NCBI GenBank assembly: GCA_965207445.1
Contig: CBDBLX010000002.1
Location: 800,001-864,000, forward strand
Direction of reading: 5' to 3'
DNA: 64,000 nucleotides
DNA from: Nitrosopumilus sp.
GTDB taxonomy: Archaea > Thermoproteota > Nitrososphaeria > Nitrososphaerales > Nitrosopumilaceae
Made by a program: the position numbers and the translations under genes. Of the stretch, positions 1 to 11,570 are shown piece after piece; within the stretch, counting starts at the first letter, position 1; every line of letters begins with the position of its first letter. The notes under the pieces are model-generated. The model did no database searches and had not been told where the DNA came from. It saw only the letters and a program-made list of their open reading frames with translations.

Positions 1-84
1 TGGACATGATTCATGTTCTGATTTGTCACTATTGAGTCTATATATTCATGAACATTACGTTTTATTCTACTATTTGATCTTGAT

Positions 85-360
85 TTGTATGGATGTGTAT
101 TGATTATGTGGCTTAAAAAAATTCTTGGATTGTTTTTGTTTATAGTTAGCGGGTTGGCAATTATCATTGTGGGGTTCTTTATGCTTCGAGGGAATATGAG
201 TATGTGGGACAGACCGACTTTTAGCGTTGATACTAGTGCTAATAGTGACGATAATAGTAATGACAACTCTGATACTGGTGACAACACTGATAATAGTGCT
301 GATAATGGCACTGATGACAACTCTGATACTGATGATAACATTGAGAATAATAATGACTAA
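85..360 (+). CDS. Small membrane-anchored protein with Asp/Asn-rich low-complexity tail
   Basis: N-terminal hydrophobic helix followed by DN/SD repeats; real start may be ATG 106. Confidence 0.55.
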   Translation: MYGCVLIMWLKKILGLFLFIVSGLAIIIVGFFMLRGNMSMWDRPTFSVDTSANSDDNSNDNSDTGDNTDNSADNGTDDNSDTDDNIENNND

Positions 361-531
361 TGATAATCCCCACAATCACAAATAATGACTAATAATGACA
401 CTTGTGTACATTTGTTACACTATCATACTTGATCATGATAATAACGATAATCAAATATCGTATAACAGTGACATCTCAAACAAAAGTTCACCATAACAAC
501 TCCTAATAGATACTTTGATACAACAAACTCA

Positions 532-837
532 ATGAGTCTTGATCCTGCTATAAGAAGATCACTTGACGGTTATATCACACGACGAATACGTGAAATACCT
601 GATGAGATAAATCAGTCCTTTCCTAGTGCATCAAAGATATGGAAGTGTAAACACGAGTCTGATTTTTTATATGGATACTATGTTGGTAAAATTGAGGAAG
701 GAACTCTACACTACATCCTAAAAGCAACTAGGGCACATGCAGGTGGTTATCTTGATATGTTTGAGATACGTGGATTGATCGAATCTCATCGTGAAGAAAT
801 TGTCTCTGCTATAAAATCTTCTTTATCACATATGTGA
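532..837 (+). CDS. Hypothetical protein
   Basis: 101-aa ATG-started ORF with normal composition. Confidence 0.7.
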   Translation: MSLDPAIRRSLDGYITRRIREIPDEINQSFPSASKIWKCKHESDFLYGYYVGKIEEGTLHYILKATRAHAGGYLDMFEIRGLIESHREEIVSAIKSSLSHM

Positions 838-874
838 TAGCCAAGTAAAAATATTGCCGTATGTATTATCTTGT

Positions 875-1048
875 ATGGTGGGTCCACAAGATGGAGGGTT
901 TGGTTTTGATCAATCTCGAAAATATACTAGCATCAACAACATTGATGAGATATGCGTCCAATGTCAAGCAGGGCAACACAAGCGGTGTTTCAAAAAAACC
1001 AAGCAATGTGAATCATGTGAGTGTGAGCATTGTATGATTTTTGGTTAA
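875..1048 (+). CDS. Small Cys-rich putative metal-binding protein
   Basis: CxxC...HxxC...CxxCxCxxC; ATG 875 within the ORF 854..1048. Confidence 0.5.
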   Translation: MVGPQDGGFGFDQSRKYTSINNIDEICVQCQAGQHKRCFKKTKQCESCECEHCMIFG

Positions 1049-1192
1049 TATTATAAATCAACCTTATAATTGTCCAAATTGCTAACTTTGTACAGAGGGC
1101 AGACAACTTAATGATAACTTGTGTCTAAAGTAGCCAAAGTTAATCCTTTACTCGATCAAGATTTAAAATACGCCACAAACTCGTCTGTTATA

Positions 1193-2491
1193 ATGTCTAT
1201 ATCTAATAATGATATTCACATGATATACGTATTACTTGATGGTGTAGGCGATCTCCCTCATATTGACCTTGATGGCAAGACACCACTAGAAGCTGCACAC
1301 ACCCCGGCGCTTGATGCCATTGCATCAAACTCTATATCGGGCCAAGTGATATCAGTAGGACAAGGAATAGCTCCTGAATCAGACATTGCAGTGTTTAATA
1401 TGCTCGGGTACAAGTTTAGTCATGCAGATTATGCCGGGCGAGGTGTAATTGAGGCAATTGGAATCGGATTAGATTTTAAAGATGGCGATCTTGCACTACG
1501 TGGAAACTTTTCTACACTTGATGAACAGACAGGTGCCATTACTGATAGAAGAGCAGGCAGACACATAGATCCTCAAGATGCTTGTGCTATATCTCAAGAG
1601 TTGGAAGAAAATATAAAATTTTCCGAACCTAATACAACAGTTGCAATATCGCCTACAATTGGACATCGTGTCACAGTTAGACTAAGGCGCGATAATGGTG
1701 AAAAAGAGTTTTCATCTAAAATATCAAACACCGATCCAGCATATACTAACATTGATGGTATGGGCGTGGCAAAAGCAGTGGCTGATTACATGAAAGTGGA
1801 AAAATGTCTGCCACTAGAAACTACACCTGATGCTATTGCAACAGCACAGGCAGTCAATGAATTCTCTGAGCAAGCCATCACAATAATGAAAAACAGTAAA
1901 ACAAATCAGGTTCGTAAACAATCTGGAAAGAAAGAACTCAGCTGTATACTTTTACGTGATGCGGGAAACAAATATCCTTGCGTAGTACCTATAAATGAAA
2001 AATACAATATGAACTTTTCATGCATTGTAGATATGCCAGTTGAAATTGGCATATCAAAGGTATTACACATGAGAGCATTTGAAGCAGGTGGGCTAACAGA
2101 TTATGAACAAAAGGCAAAAGTTGCAACTGATGCGATGAATTCACAAAATGCTATATATGTTCATTTAAAGGGACCTGATGAATTTGGACATGATGGTGAT
2201 GCAATTGGCAAAAAGAACAATATTGAGGAGATTGACAGACGCTTTTTCTCAAAGTTGCTTGATGGAATAGATACATCCAAAGTGGCTATTGTGATTTCTG
2301 CTGATCATGCTACTCCATGTATAACACATGGACACACTGATGACCCTGTCCCTGTAGTGATATCGTATGATGGTATAAAGGGTGATGGAACTAGTAGAAT
2401 GACCGAATCTCAATCTGCAAAGGGAAAACTAGGTACGTTGTTGGGATTCAAAGTTATTCCCACTACAATAGATTTGATAAACACTGTGTAA
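1193..2491 (+). CDS. apgM: 2,3-bisphosphoglycerate-independent phosphoglycerate mutase, archaeal type
   Basis: LLDGVGD, TPLEAAHTP, APESD, KGPDEFGHDG and SADHATP motifs. Confidence 0.92.
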   Translation: MSISNNDIHMIYVLLDGVGDLPHIDLDGKTPLEAAHTPALDAIASNSISGQVISVGQGIAPESDIAVFNMLGYKFSHADYAGRGVIEAIGIGLDFKDGDLALRGNFSTLDEQTGAITDRRAGRHIDPQDACAISQELEENIKFSEPNTTVAISPTIGHRVTVRLRRDNGEKEFSSKISNTDPAYTNIDGMGVAKAVADYMKVEKCLPLETTPDAIATAQAVNEFSEQAITIMKNSKTNQVRKQSGKKELSCILLRDAGNKYPCVVPINEKYNMNFSCIVDMPVEIGISKVLHMRAFEAGGLTDYEQKAKVATDAMNSQNAIYVHLKGPDEFGHDGDAIGKKNNIEEIDRRFFSKLLDGIDTSKVAIVISADHATPCITHGHTDDPVPVVISYDGIKGDGTSRMTESQSAKGKLGTLLGFKVIPTTIDLINTV

Positions 2492-2659
2492 TAATTATGT
2501 GCGTAGAATATTCTAGAGTTAATTTGATGTTATATGTGATGTTTGTAAATTAATATATCTAAATTTATTAATATTATGATACATAATTTTATTACATTGT
2601 TTAAACTTGGAATGTGTTTTTGATGATTAATTGTATGTTATGTGTGGTGTACTCTAGAG

Positions 2660-3235
2660 TCAAATTTTGAATAGTTGTAATTGTTTTTGCGTACGCATTT
2701 GAATTGCATTGTTTCGTATGTAATCTACATCGATATTGTGATATTTGGACGGTGAAGTTCCAAGTTTTTCAAGCGCTCGTTTTAGCATTCTCACACCTGT
2801 CTCATTCTCATTTCTTTGTCCATGTGCAAATGCAACTGCAACTAGAATTATTCCTTGCACGAGCTCTTTTTCTCTACCAAAACAATTCTTCCATACACCT
2901 TCAAATGATTCGTGACTTTCCCAAAACCGTTCATTGTTAAAGTAAAATATTCCATCTTTAATGCCCTGTTCTTTTTCTATCTCTTCTATAGTGACATGGC
3001 GTATATTATCAATTATACCTATGGGTTCTAATCTCTTCACAAGATCATTTAAACGATCAGGATCAACTGAGACGTCAAGTTCGATAAAATCTGTGGCTAT
3101 TCTGGCTACTCGTACAGTAGTATTTACTTGAGTTGCAAGTCCTCGTGCACGATATACTATTCTTCGTGAATCTTCTGGTCCATACTCGCTTTTGTTTTTG
3201 AGGTGTAACATGTAGCGCTCCATGATTTGATACAT
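2660..3235 (-). CDS. DUF309-domain protein
   Basis: FNNERFWESHESFEGVW...QGIILVAVAFAH signature. Confidence 0.8.
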   Translation of the reverse strand: MYQIMERYMLHLKNKSEYGPEDSRRIVYRARGLATQVNTTVRVARIATDFIELDVSVDPDRLNDLVKRLEPIGIIDNIRHVTIEEIEKEQGIKDGIFYFNNERFWESHESFEGVWKNCFGREKELVQGIILVAVAFAHGQRNENETGVRMLKRALEKLGTSPSKYHNIDVDYIRNNAIQMRTQKQLQLFKI

Positions 3236-3385
3236 GATGTATTTTCTTAAATTCCTTTATCTTGAGTAAATTGGTGGCGTGTAATCGTTGTCTTTTTGAA
3301 TTTAAGCATAATCTATGTCATATTTGTACAAAAATATAGATTACAACTTTAGGTTTATAATATGAAGTTTTTCAGACGTGTTAAC

Positions 3386-3775
3386 ATGCCTAGTAATAAT
3401 GTTAACACTGTATCTGATATCAAAAATCCACTTCTCTCACGACGTGAAATTACGTGTGATTTTCTAGGATTTGGGGGCAAACTTGGTAAAATTGACGCTA
3501 TGAATATGATCTCAGAAAAATACGATCTTGATGTCAAGACTATAATTCCGATGAAATTAAAAAATCATGTGGGGAGACCAACCATAACTGGTCTTTTTTA
3601 TGTGTATGAGGATGAATCATTGGCACGTAAGCATATAGAGCCAACTATATTCACTAGATTAGAAAAGAGCAAAACCAAAGCCGAAGAAAAGGCAGCAGAT
3701 GCTAGTAATGGTGGAAAAGACGAAGAAACAGCAGAGGAAGAAAACACAAAAGACTCAAAAGGAGAATCGCAATAA
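3386..3775 (+). CDS. rps24e: 30S ribosomal protein S24e
   Basis: NPLLSRREI motif; adjacent to rps27ae; acidic C-terminal tail. Confidence 0.88.
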   Translation: MPSNNVNTVSDIKNPLLSRREITCDFLGFGGKLGKIDAMNMISEKYDLDVKTIIPMKLKNHVGRPTITGLFYVYEDESLARKHIEPTIFTRLEKSKTKAEEKAADASNGGKDEETAEEENTKDSKGESQ

Positions 3776-3946
3776 ATGGCTGGTAAAAAGGGCTTTAATC
3801 CTAGTGTTAGTAGTTATTATAAGATTGATGGGGACAAACTCATTCGTACCAAAAAAATCTGTCCTCGATGCGGTAAAGGACTATTCATGGCAGAACACAA
3901 AGACCGACATACCTGTGGTAGTTGTGGGTTTACAGAGTTCAAATAA
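3776..3946 (+). CDS. rps27ae: 30S ribosomal protein S27ae (not in ORF track, 56 aa)
   Basis: Manual translation MAGKKGFNPSVSSYYKIDGDKLIRTKKICPRCGKGLFMAEHKDRHTCGSCGFTEFK. Confidence 0.93.
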   Translation: MAGKKGFNPSVSSYYKIDGDKLIRTKKICPRCGKGLFMAEHKDRHTCGSCGFTEFK

Positions 3947-3949
3947 TAT

Positions 3950-4654
3950 CTAGTATAATCGTTTTTTACGTAACTTTGATTGTTTGTCTGAAATTTCATT
4001 TACAGCACGTATCAAATCAGGATCAAATTTTGTTGATGCCATTGATATGGCAGGTATCTTGATTATATTCTCATCAATTGCAACACTTGTACGTGGCAAA
4101 TGTCTCTGTTGCCAGTATTTGTTGACTTTGTCCTCTAATCTATAGTCTCTAAACCTTGATGGAAATCTTTTTGTAATATGAGTTATTAGTGTACGGTCAT
4201 TAAATACTGCACGCGGATCAAAAAGTCTGGACTCATCACTGTAAGCATTCTCAAATAAACTTGATGATACTTGATCTGATACGATTCGCATATTTGAGAT
4301 TCTCCAAACCAACTCTAAATAATGCAAAAACTCGTGAGCTAACACTGCGTGTATGGTACCTTTTAGCCCATATGCTATGAGTGGCGCTGTAATCTGTATT
4401 ATGATCTTTAGCGTATCTTTAATGTGCACTGGTATTGTTCTTGCGTATAATATTCCATACCCTATGCTTGGATCTGTTGTTGTGGTGACCATGGATGGCT
4501 CAACATATGCGATTGGAAATTGTATGTTTGATGCTCGCTCTATACGATTTATTCCTTCAATTACAATAGGAAAACGTTTTGTTACTAGTGTAAAAACGTC
4601 ATCTGGAATTACGGCTTTACTGTTGGCATCTTTTAGTTGTTGCAGTGGGTCCAA
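3950..4654 (-). CDS. Hypothetical protein with HExxH motif
   Basis: AHEFLHY motif; probable TTG start at 4654 within ORF 3950..4756. Confidence 0.65.
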   Translation of the reverse strand: MDPLQQLKDANSKAVIPDDVFTLVTKRFPIVIEGINRIERASNIQFPIAYVEPSMVTTTTDPSIGYGILYARTIPVHIKDTLKIIIQITAPLIAYGLKGTIHAVLAHEFLHYLELVWRISNMRIVSDQVSSSLFENAYSDESRLFDPRAVFNDRTLITHITKRFPSRFRDYRLEDKVNKYWQQRHLPRTSVAIDENIIKIPAISMASTKFDPDLIRAVNEISDKQSKLRKKRLY

Positions 4655-5104
4655 TAATAAAAGACGCCAACTATACAAGTAAAAAAGCTTGCATGATTCA
4701 CTGTTTGGGTTTACCAGACTTTTTCCGTTTACGTGTAGCGGCCATCTGATCTGCATGTCTTTGATGCTTGTTGTGCTTTCTTTTTGGCATACATGTGCGG
4801 AATTTTTCTAACAGTTAATTGTTGTCATTTTTAGAGATATTCTTGCATTAATTGTGGGTAGAAGTTACTGACGTCCTATTCGTCCCTTCCGCACAGCACA
4901 CGGTACCCAGTCCAGTTCACCCTTCACCTGCACGTGTGCTAGGCACCGCCGGTATGTATGTGGTAGAGAGGGGTACGCTCATGACGACTGCTGTGGGTTT
5001 TCGGCAGGTCGTCTTACCGCCGTCACCGCGTATGCGGGTGAAGAAAAAGAAAGTAGCATGGGGTACACCATGTACAGTGGCGAGTGACGCTCATTCACCA
5101 TACA

Positions 5105-5760
5105 TCATGCACCTCTCCATGCCTCCACGCATGCATTCTCGATGAGTGTTCTCCATATGTCCATACCATGTATCATTACACCTGCGGCCTGTGCTGGGGT
5201 GCATCCTAGCGAGCTGTGAACGCGCACAAAATTGTACCATACTGCAAACAGGTAGAACAGGTACGAGTCGACGCGCTTTACGCCCCGTCTTAGCACATAG
5301 AATGTCCGTTGGGTGCCATTGAAGCGCTCTTGAGCGTTGTTGTTCTTTTTATCATGCTTGCTTATTCCCGCGTCATTGATGTGCACACATTTTACGGCCG
5401 CACGTCTGCCTGAGATGTCCGCGGGAGCGCCCCCGGGGGTGTCTTTTGATTTTGATTTTCTTGCCGAGTCGGGATCCGCAATGTGTACACTGTGATCATC
5501 AAGTGCGTTTTTTGGAGCAAGTAGTGCCTCAAACGCCACTTGAAATGATGCGAGTAAATCGGTTATGAGTTCTACGGGATCCTTACCCGCGCGTAATATG
5601 CACTGCATCAGCATGCGCGTCACGTCGGCCCCTTTCTTTCGATCAGATATGTCCTGCGAGAGCAAAAAGCGAGTCTTGGCATCCGTTGAGCCGAATATGT
5701 AGTGATCATTGCTGCCTATCTTTTCGATTATATCGTCGGCCCTGACGCGGTCGCCCAAAT
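5105..5760 (-). pseudogene. C-terminal fragment of an IS6-like DDE transposase
   Basis: DAKTRFLL, ITD, NNAQERFNG, YNFVRVHSSLGCTPAQAAG; N-terminus missing. Confidence 0.8.
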
Positions 5761-5872
5761 GGTTGAGTGGAATACGTAGTGTGTAACAAAACAAGAGAAA
5801 CGTGTATTTTTTAAGAGTTTTGTAGATACTTGTAGGATGCCTCTGGAATCCCTTTCTTGAGAGGGATTGTGA

Positions 5873-5953
5873 GTAACCGTTCAACCCCCGCACCTGCGCC
5901 AGACATTAGGTGGTGAATTTGTGCCTAAATTTGGGAAGGGGTTGAACGGTTAC
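5873..5953. mobile_element. MITE-B (81 bp, GTAACCGTTCAACCCC TIR), copy 1
   Basis: Terminal inverted repeats; copies at 21982, 32338, 59790; extra solo right TIR ends at 6001. Confidence 0.85.
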
Positions 5954-6051
5954 ATATCGTTCATGGGTGTACTAGTCTGAGGTGGAGGGTTGAACGGTTA
6001 CTATGATCATTGTCAAAAAAAATTTATAATTGTGTAATGAAGGAGCAAATA

Positions 6052-6960
6052 ATGAAACGAAATGATTTCAGAGTAATGCTGTTGGTGCCATTAATTACAA
6101 CCATGGTGATTTCTATGTCAATTATTGGTTATGTAATAGCTGAAGAACGCACAGACAGGCAACTAATAGACAAATGGAACGAAACATTTGGCGACGACAT
6201 CGACACGTCCGAAAACGGCACTACTCCATCAGACAAAATTAAGATTTCAGTTATGAAAGAGATATACGAATCTATGAGTAACCCAGATAATCTTTCTGCC
6301 TATCAGTTAAACTACGAGACGGAACAAAACGAGGCTCTTGAGACTGCCCGCGCCTTGCATAATCTAATCGAGTCTACAAACGATACTGCAACTAGAGCCA
6401 CGTTAGAGCAGACATTGGAGAATCTAAAGTCTAGAATGGCGCAAGTGGGGATATTCACACCTGAAGATACTGATGATGAGGAACTAAATGCGATTCATGA
6501 TCAATATCAGGAGGATGCACGAGAGTCGTTTCGACCCGCTCAAGTGCCTGAAGAAAATGTCGGAAGCCCTTCTGGTACAACTGTATCTGTAAGCGGGCAA
6601 TATCAGACACAAATGTTTTTGGAATACACATGTGAGCCATTTGTGTGTAGAAGTGCCAAGGTACTAGATTATATCGATCCAGGTGAATCCACAAGTGCGG
6701 TGGTGACGGTTCCCTCTAAAATATCTACAGTAAATGTACTGGAGTGGCGGATAAAAATTGGAAACCAACAGGCAGGACAATGGCAATCGGGCTATCATCA
6801 GGCAATTCATTATGATGAGAATTGGAATTACAAAAGTGGAGCTGTAAAGAGCAGCTACAAATATTATCCGTATAATAGTTACGTACAATATACCGTCTAC
6901 TCGGTCAATAATACAGATGCAGGAGACAAGACGTATCAGTATCTCTACTTTTATCAATAA
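6052..6960 (+). CDS. Secreted hypothetical protein
   Basis: Signal-peptide-like N-terminus, acidic helical region, Tyr-rich C-terminal domain; ORF track 6010..6960. Confidence 0.75.
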   Translation: MKRNDFRVMLLVPLITTMVISMSIIGYVIAEERTDRQLIDKWNETFGDDIDTSENGTTPSDKIKISVMKEIYESMSNPDNLSAYQLNYETEQNEALETARALHNLIESTNDTATRATLEQTLENLKSRMAQVGIFTPEDTDDEELNAIHDQYQEDARESFRPAQVPEENVGSPSGTTVSVSGQYQTQMFLEYTCEPFVCRSAKVLDYIDPGESTSAVVTVPSKISTVNVLEWRIKIGNQQAGQWQSGYHQAIHYDENWNYKSGAVKSSYKYYPYNSYVQYTVYSVNNTDAGDKTYQYLYFYQ

Positions 6961-7209
6961 GTGAATGTTACAATTAACGCAAAAGTGCCCCCATGACTGA
7001 GATGGAAAGGAGATAAGATCGGGTAGAAAATTTTTACGTGCCTCTCAGATTTCATGAGGTTCATAAGATGAACTCCTTTCACATATTGCGCAGATGATCT
7101 TGTCTGACTCTTCTAGACCCTTGAACCTATGAGGCTCTGTTATACACAGAATACTATACATCTATCATAAATACCAAAACTTTTTAACTTCAACCTTCTT
7201 ATATAATAT

Positions 7210-7362
7210 ATGGCCACAGTTGAAGAGTTAAGGTCTTTATGTGATGATATGTGGAATGCTATCCCATCTGACAAGGCAGATGATGATGAGGTGACTCCAG
7301 AAGTGTTAGATAAAGTGCAATCTGTGGCGAGGGAAATGTTACAGAGAGTGCAAGATGATTGA
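7210..7362 (+). CDS. Acidic 50-aa miniprotein (micro-operon 1, gene A)
   Basis: MATVEELRSLCDDMWNAIPSDKADDDEVTPEVLDKVQSVAREMLQRVQDD; TATA-like AAAACTTTTTAA ~25 bp upstream; stop overlaps next ATG (TGATG). Confidence 0.6.
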   Translation: MATVEELRSLCDDMWNAIPSDKADDDEVTPEVLDKVQSVAREMLQRVQDD

Positions 7363-7454
7363 TGAATATAGAAAGGCTCAACTTTAAGAACTATTATACA
7401 AATTATTATAGTTGGCCCCATATCTAACAATAGCCACCTTAAAACTCCTAATAG

Positions 7455-7844
7455 GTGAAATATATGATGAATTGGTTGATTGATATACAAAGGTCTAAAT
7501 GGTCAATATTGCCCGTGCTTGTCTTTATGGGTGTATCTATAGGCGTGTCTCTATTTACTTCAAATGACTATCTACTCATTATAATTGCGAGTGGCACCAT
7601 TGCTATTATACAATGGATTTCACGCCGTTTACAATACATAAAACCATCTCTTGTGAGTCAGGGCACGTCACGTCATAACTTTATCGGTAGTTTACTCTGG
7701 GTTGCAGTATTATGTGGCATGTTCTTGCTTTTGGCTTTGAATCCTACAGCGTTACCGATGTTATCCGTTGGTATAGGCTTGGGCATCTATATGATTCTAA
7801 TAGTGTATCCAATAGCAAATTTATCGACGCTAATCAAATCATAG
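7455..7844 (+). CDS. ~4-TM membrane protein (micro-operon 1, gene C)
   Basis: Four hydrophobic segments in 129 aa. Confidence 0.65.
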   Translation: MKYMMNWLIDIQRSKWSILPVLVFMGVSIGVSLFTSNDYLLIIIASGTIAIIQWISRRLQYIKPSLVSQGTSRHNFIGSLLWVAVLCGMFLLLALNPTALPMLSVGIGLGIYMILIVYPIANLSTLIKS

Positions 7845-7918
7845 GGTGTATAGGAATACTTGAAGTCTAACTTTACCACATTGACAAGCAACTAATTTCT
7901 AAAAAATAGCGTGTTGCA

Positions 7919-9828
7919 GTAACTATTTTGCTTTTTGAAGTGCACACATAAGGTAAAAGATCATGCGCATTTTTCCGATCATGATGATCTTGGCATTGTA
8001 TATTCATATATAATCAATTGGTAAGGATAGTGTGTAGTTGATTATAATGCGCAGATGGACATTAATGATTCTGTAGTTTTAGCCGGGTTTGCATCCCTTG
8101 CACAACATATCAAAAAAGCTCTCGCCTCTGATCTTACCTGTTGCAGGTAGTGTGAATAATATTGAGTTGGCCTCCATACCACGAGACGTTCTGTTTCCAC
8201 CATTACCATCATTTTTTATGGATATGAATACTCGATTAGTTCGTTCAACGTCATTATTGTCTGGTGGTATGCCCTTTATGTGTAAAAAGGTGCTCATGTG
8301 GTATCCTTCGAGTCTCCATCTCTTTTTGAATCTGTTTATTATGCCCTCTTTGTCACCTGCCCAGTCTTTTTCCTTTGTTCAATCATTGTTCATTAGTTGG
8401 CGCAGTTGGCTGTCCAAACAATATGAGGCCACTTGTCATGTGTGAGGATCGTCTGTTTCATCTGCTTTATAGAATTGTTTGAATATTTGAACTAATGTGG
8501 TGAGAAATCGCAGTACAGCACCTTTTGGATTCACATATTTGATGTCTTTTTTTGGCAGTCGAGTCTGATGTGACAAACACATCTGATGTTGTATTCCAAT
8601 GTGACCCCATGATGGATTAGAGTCATGCCGTACTAGTCCATTGTATTTTGGCAGGAATTTTTTGAGGGTGGATATTGTTTTGTTGTCAGTTATCTCTATT
8701 AGACAGCAGTCGTCTCCGAGCGCAATTAAACCGCACGCACGTTTTTTGTTTGCCCCAGGCCAGTCAAACTCATCACAGACTAACTCGCTTTTGTTTAAAA
8801 TTTTTTGTTTGATCTCATCGTGTTTTGGTTTTTGTGCTTTGGCATGTGAACTTGTCACGATATGCCGCTGATGGGGAGATCTCAACTTGCATGACATCCT
8901 TGCTGAATTCTGCAGTCTTTGCGTGTGATAGACCTTTCATGTTTAGTGTGACTGTGGTTGCAGAATGATTAGTTGAACGGCGTGCATGAGGCCTTACGTT
9001 TGAAATGGGTTGCTGCACTTGCTTTTTGCATTTACTGCACCAGCGACGTTTGATATCAAACTTGACATACTCTTTGATTGTTGTAATGATTTGGACCACT
9101 ACCCTGTCATACTCATCTGTTATGGTCGATGAGAGTGGGTTTTTGCATTGTGGGCATGTAGTGCCATCTATCACCTCTGTTCTGGCTATGTTTACAGGGC
9201 GCGTAGTTTTGGTAGATTTTTGCCCCTTGGGTTTGCCTGCCCCGTGGTTTATTTTCTCCTGGCGTTTTGTCAGGTTTATCACTAGCAGTGACTGCCTTGA
9301 TGCCGTTTTTCTTGGCCCTTAGCTCTTTGTTGATCTTTTGATATTTTTTATTGTCCTTGGTCAATTCTTCATTTTGTGTCTTTAACGTGTTTAGCATCTT
9401 GTAGCATCTCAGACACACCATTGGCCGTTATTTTTTTCTTTGAATTCGATGACTCTTGCAATATCTTGTCAATCGGTATTGTGCAACCACCACTTGCAAC
9501 ACTCGCAATCACTTTTGAGACATGGTTTTTTTGCATGTTGTGTGTTTTTGTCACGAGGTTCTGAGCAGCACAACTATGTTCTCTCCTCCTGCAAATAATT
9601 AACACTTGCAATTCCAGTCACACTGATCGCTTAAATCACATTTTTGCGATGATCTAATATCGTTCCTGTCTATCATTTTATTCTTACTCAATGATAGATG
9701 GAAGCGTTTTGATTTAACACCCCTAACGCTAAATTATTCAAGTGTTTAATCAAATTTTTCAAACCAAAATTATCATAGTATATTATCATAAAAATTTAAG
9801 TGTCCACTTCAAAAAGCAAAATAGTTAC
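7919..9828 (-). mobile_element. IS66-family (single-ORF, ISBst12-like) element, frameshifted copy
   Basis: 24-bp TIR GTAACTATTTTGCTTTTTGAAGTG at both ends; TnpC fragments (CPQC, IPPDNNDVER); no TSD seen. Confidence 0.9.
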
Positions 9829-10165
9829 AACAAAAGCAAACTCATCAAAACCATCCCAGAGACTTGTTGCAAGCGTTAGATAATGGAGACGGGATTATAA
9901 TAATAAAAAACACGACTCCAAAGACAACTAGCAACGCCTTGCAGCTTCGATCACTGTTGATATTTTTTGGAATGCTGTTATATGGCTTATGGGCAATGAC
10001 AAGGTACGAAAATTACGGCGGACTTGCAGGTGAAAAATTATTCACAATGGATTATTTATGGATTCAATTGCCAGATTAATCAGAAGACTGCTTCGGTGGG
10101 AATTAGAGCACGGTGGTTCCTTGCCATTGTAAATATGTCGCACTGAATAATTAGAACTAAGATCA

Positions 10166-11563
10166 TTAAAATTGAGCACATTGCGAACTACTGACATGGG
10201 AGTTGAGTGATTGCTTGTGTTTGAGAATAATCACATCCTCAAAGTCAAATTGGACACATTTACATGATTGATTCAAAATTTGTGATATACTTGGCCAAAC
10301 ACCGTCTCCTGTGACAAGCCGTTTTATTGGAATGCCTCCCTCTAGTGTGGCCCACACGACGACTGTATTTACAGAGTTAATATCTCGCCTGTATTTTAAT
10401 TCCAATATGGTCTTTTTTACAATAGTGTCATTTTTAGTTTTAATATCAATTGTACCCTTTGACAGTATTTTGAGTCTTTGAAGATATTGTCTGTCTGATA
10501 TTTTATATGATGAATTGAATTCAGGCTTTATGTTTTTGCCATTGTTTATGTAATTGATATTCTCTGCATTTGAATATACATCACTATTATATGGCTCATT
10601 AGTTATTACAACCTTTATACGAACTTTGGATAAGAATTGCATAGATTTTACAAAAGAACTATCCGTATTCTGTAGACAACTCAAAGATATGGATTTGAGT
10701 CTGATCTGCTTATTTTTATATGAACTTGCAATATGTCTTTTTTTTGGAAACTGTATACGCGCAAAAAATGGTCTACCTCCGCCAGATACCAAACTATCTC
10801 TATCCTCTCCCCCAATCCATGTAAATTTCGCAGTTGTTCCGCCCAACATACCAAACAACATATTTGATATCTGTCCTTCTACACTATCATATCCAGATAT
10901 GCCATGAAATTCACAATTATAACATCCTCTGCCCATACAACTAGCACACCTGTCTTGTTTTTGTGATGTACCTCTTGCATGTTTTGTATATCTTCCATAT
11001 ATGACAACAGGTTTAGATAACACCTCGCAATATTTTTGGGCAGGTTGCACAGTAAATGATATTTCTGGCTCAAGGTGAACGTATTTTGCCCCTACTATTT
11101 TGGCAAATTTACTGCCAAGTTCTTTTGTCAGGCTTGTCTTTATGCTATCTGTTCCCTGCAGCTTGTATATAGAACGTATAAAATCATCTCTGTCAATTAT
11201 TGAGACTTTGATTATGGCACCTACTCCAAAAGATGAAAATTCGTATTCTTTTGATGCGTCGCGCATTATACACAACATGTCATCGATCTCATCAAAGAGC
11301 CCCTTGCATATGTAACATGTCTTTTGTATGTTGTGTTGCATCATTTTGTAAGATGTTGTGTCTCTTACACATTTGCGCAATTTTTGACCTAGTGATTTGT
11401 ACTGTTTACTGTATGTTTGTCCTGTAAACATTCTACCAAGACAATGATCGCACAAAAAGTATTTTTGTAATATGGATGTGGCTTTTTCTACATTACTATT
11501 GTTAGCAGAACCGTGTTGAATGTATGTCATGTGTTGCGGCCTATTTGTATCTATAAAACACAT
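10166..11563 (-). CDS. pus10: tRNA pseudouridine(54/55) synthase Pus10
   Basis: LCDHCLGR, CYICKG, YGRYTK, GGEDRD...GRPF and EGGIPIK motifs. Confidence 0.85.
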   Translation of the reverse strand: MCFIDTNRPQHMTYIQHGSANNSNVEKATSILQKYFLCDHCLGRMFTGQTYSKQYKSLGQKLRKCVRDTTSYKMMQHNIQKTCYICKGLFDEIDDMLCIMRDASKEYEFSSFGVGAIIKVSIIDRDDFIRSIYKLQGTDSIKTSLTKELGSKFAKIVGAKYVHLEPEISFTVQPAQKYCEVLSKPVVIYGRYTKHARGTSQKQDRCASCMGRGCYNCEFHGISGYDSVEGQISNMLFGMLGGTTAKFTWIGGEDRDSLVSGGGRPFFARIQFPKKRHIASSYKNKQIRLKSISLSCLQNTDSSFVKSMQFLSKVRIKVVITNEPYNSDVYSNAENINYINNGKNIKPEFNSSYKISDRQYLQRLKILSKGTIDIKTKNDTIVKKTILELKYRRDINSVNTVVVWATLEGGIPIKRLVTGDGVWPSISQILNQSCKCVQFDFEDVIILKHKQSLNSHVSSSQCAQF

Positions 11564-11570
11564 GCAATTA

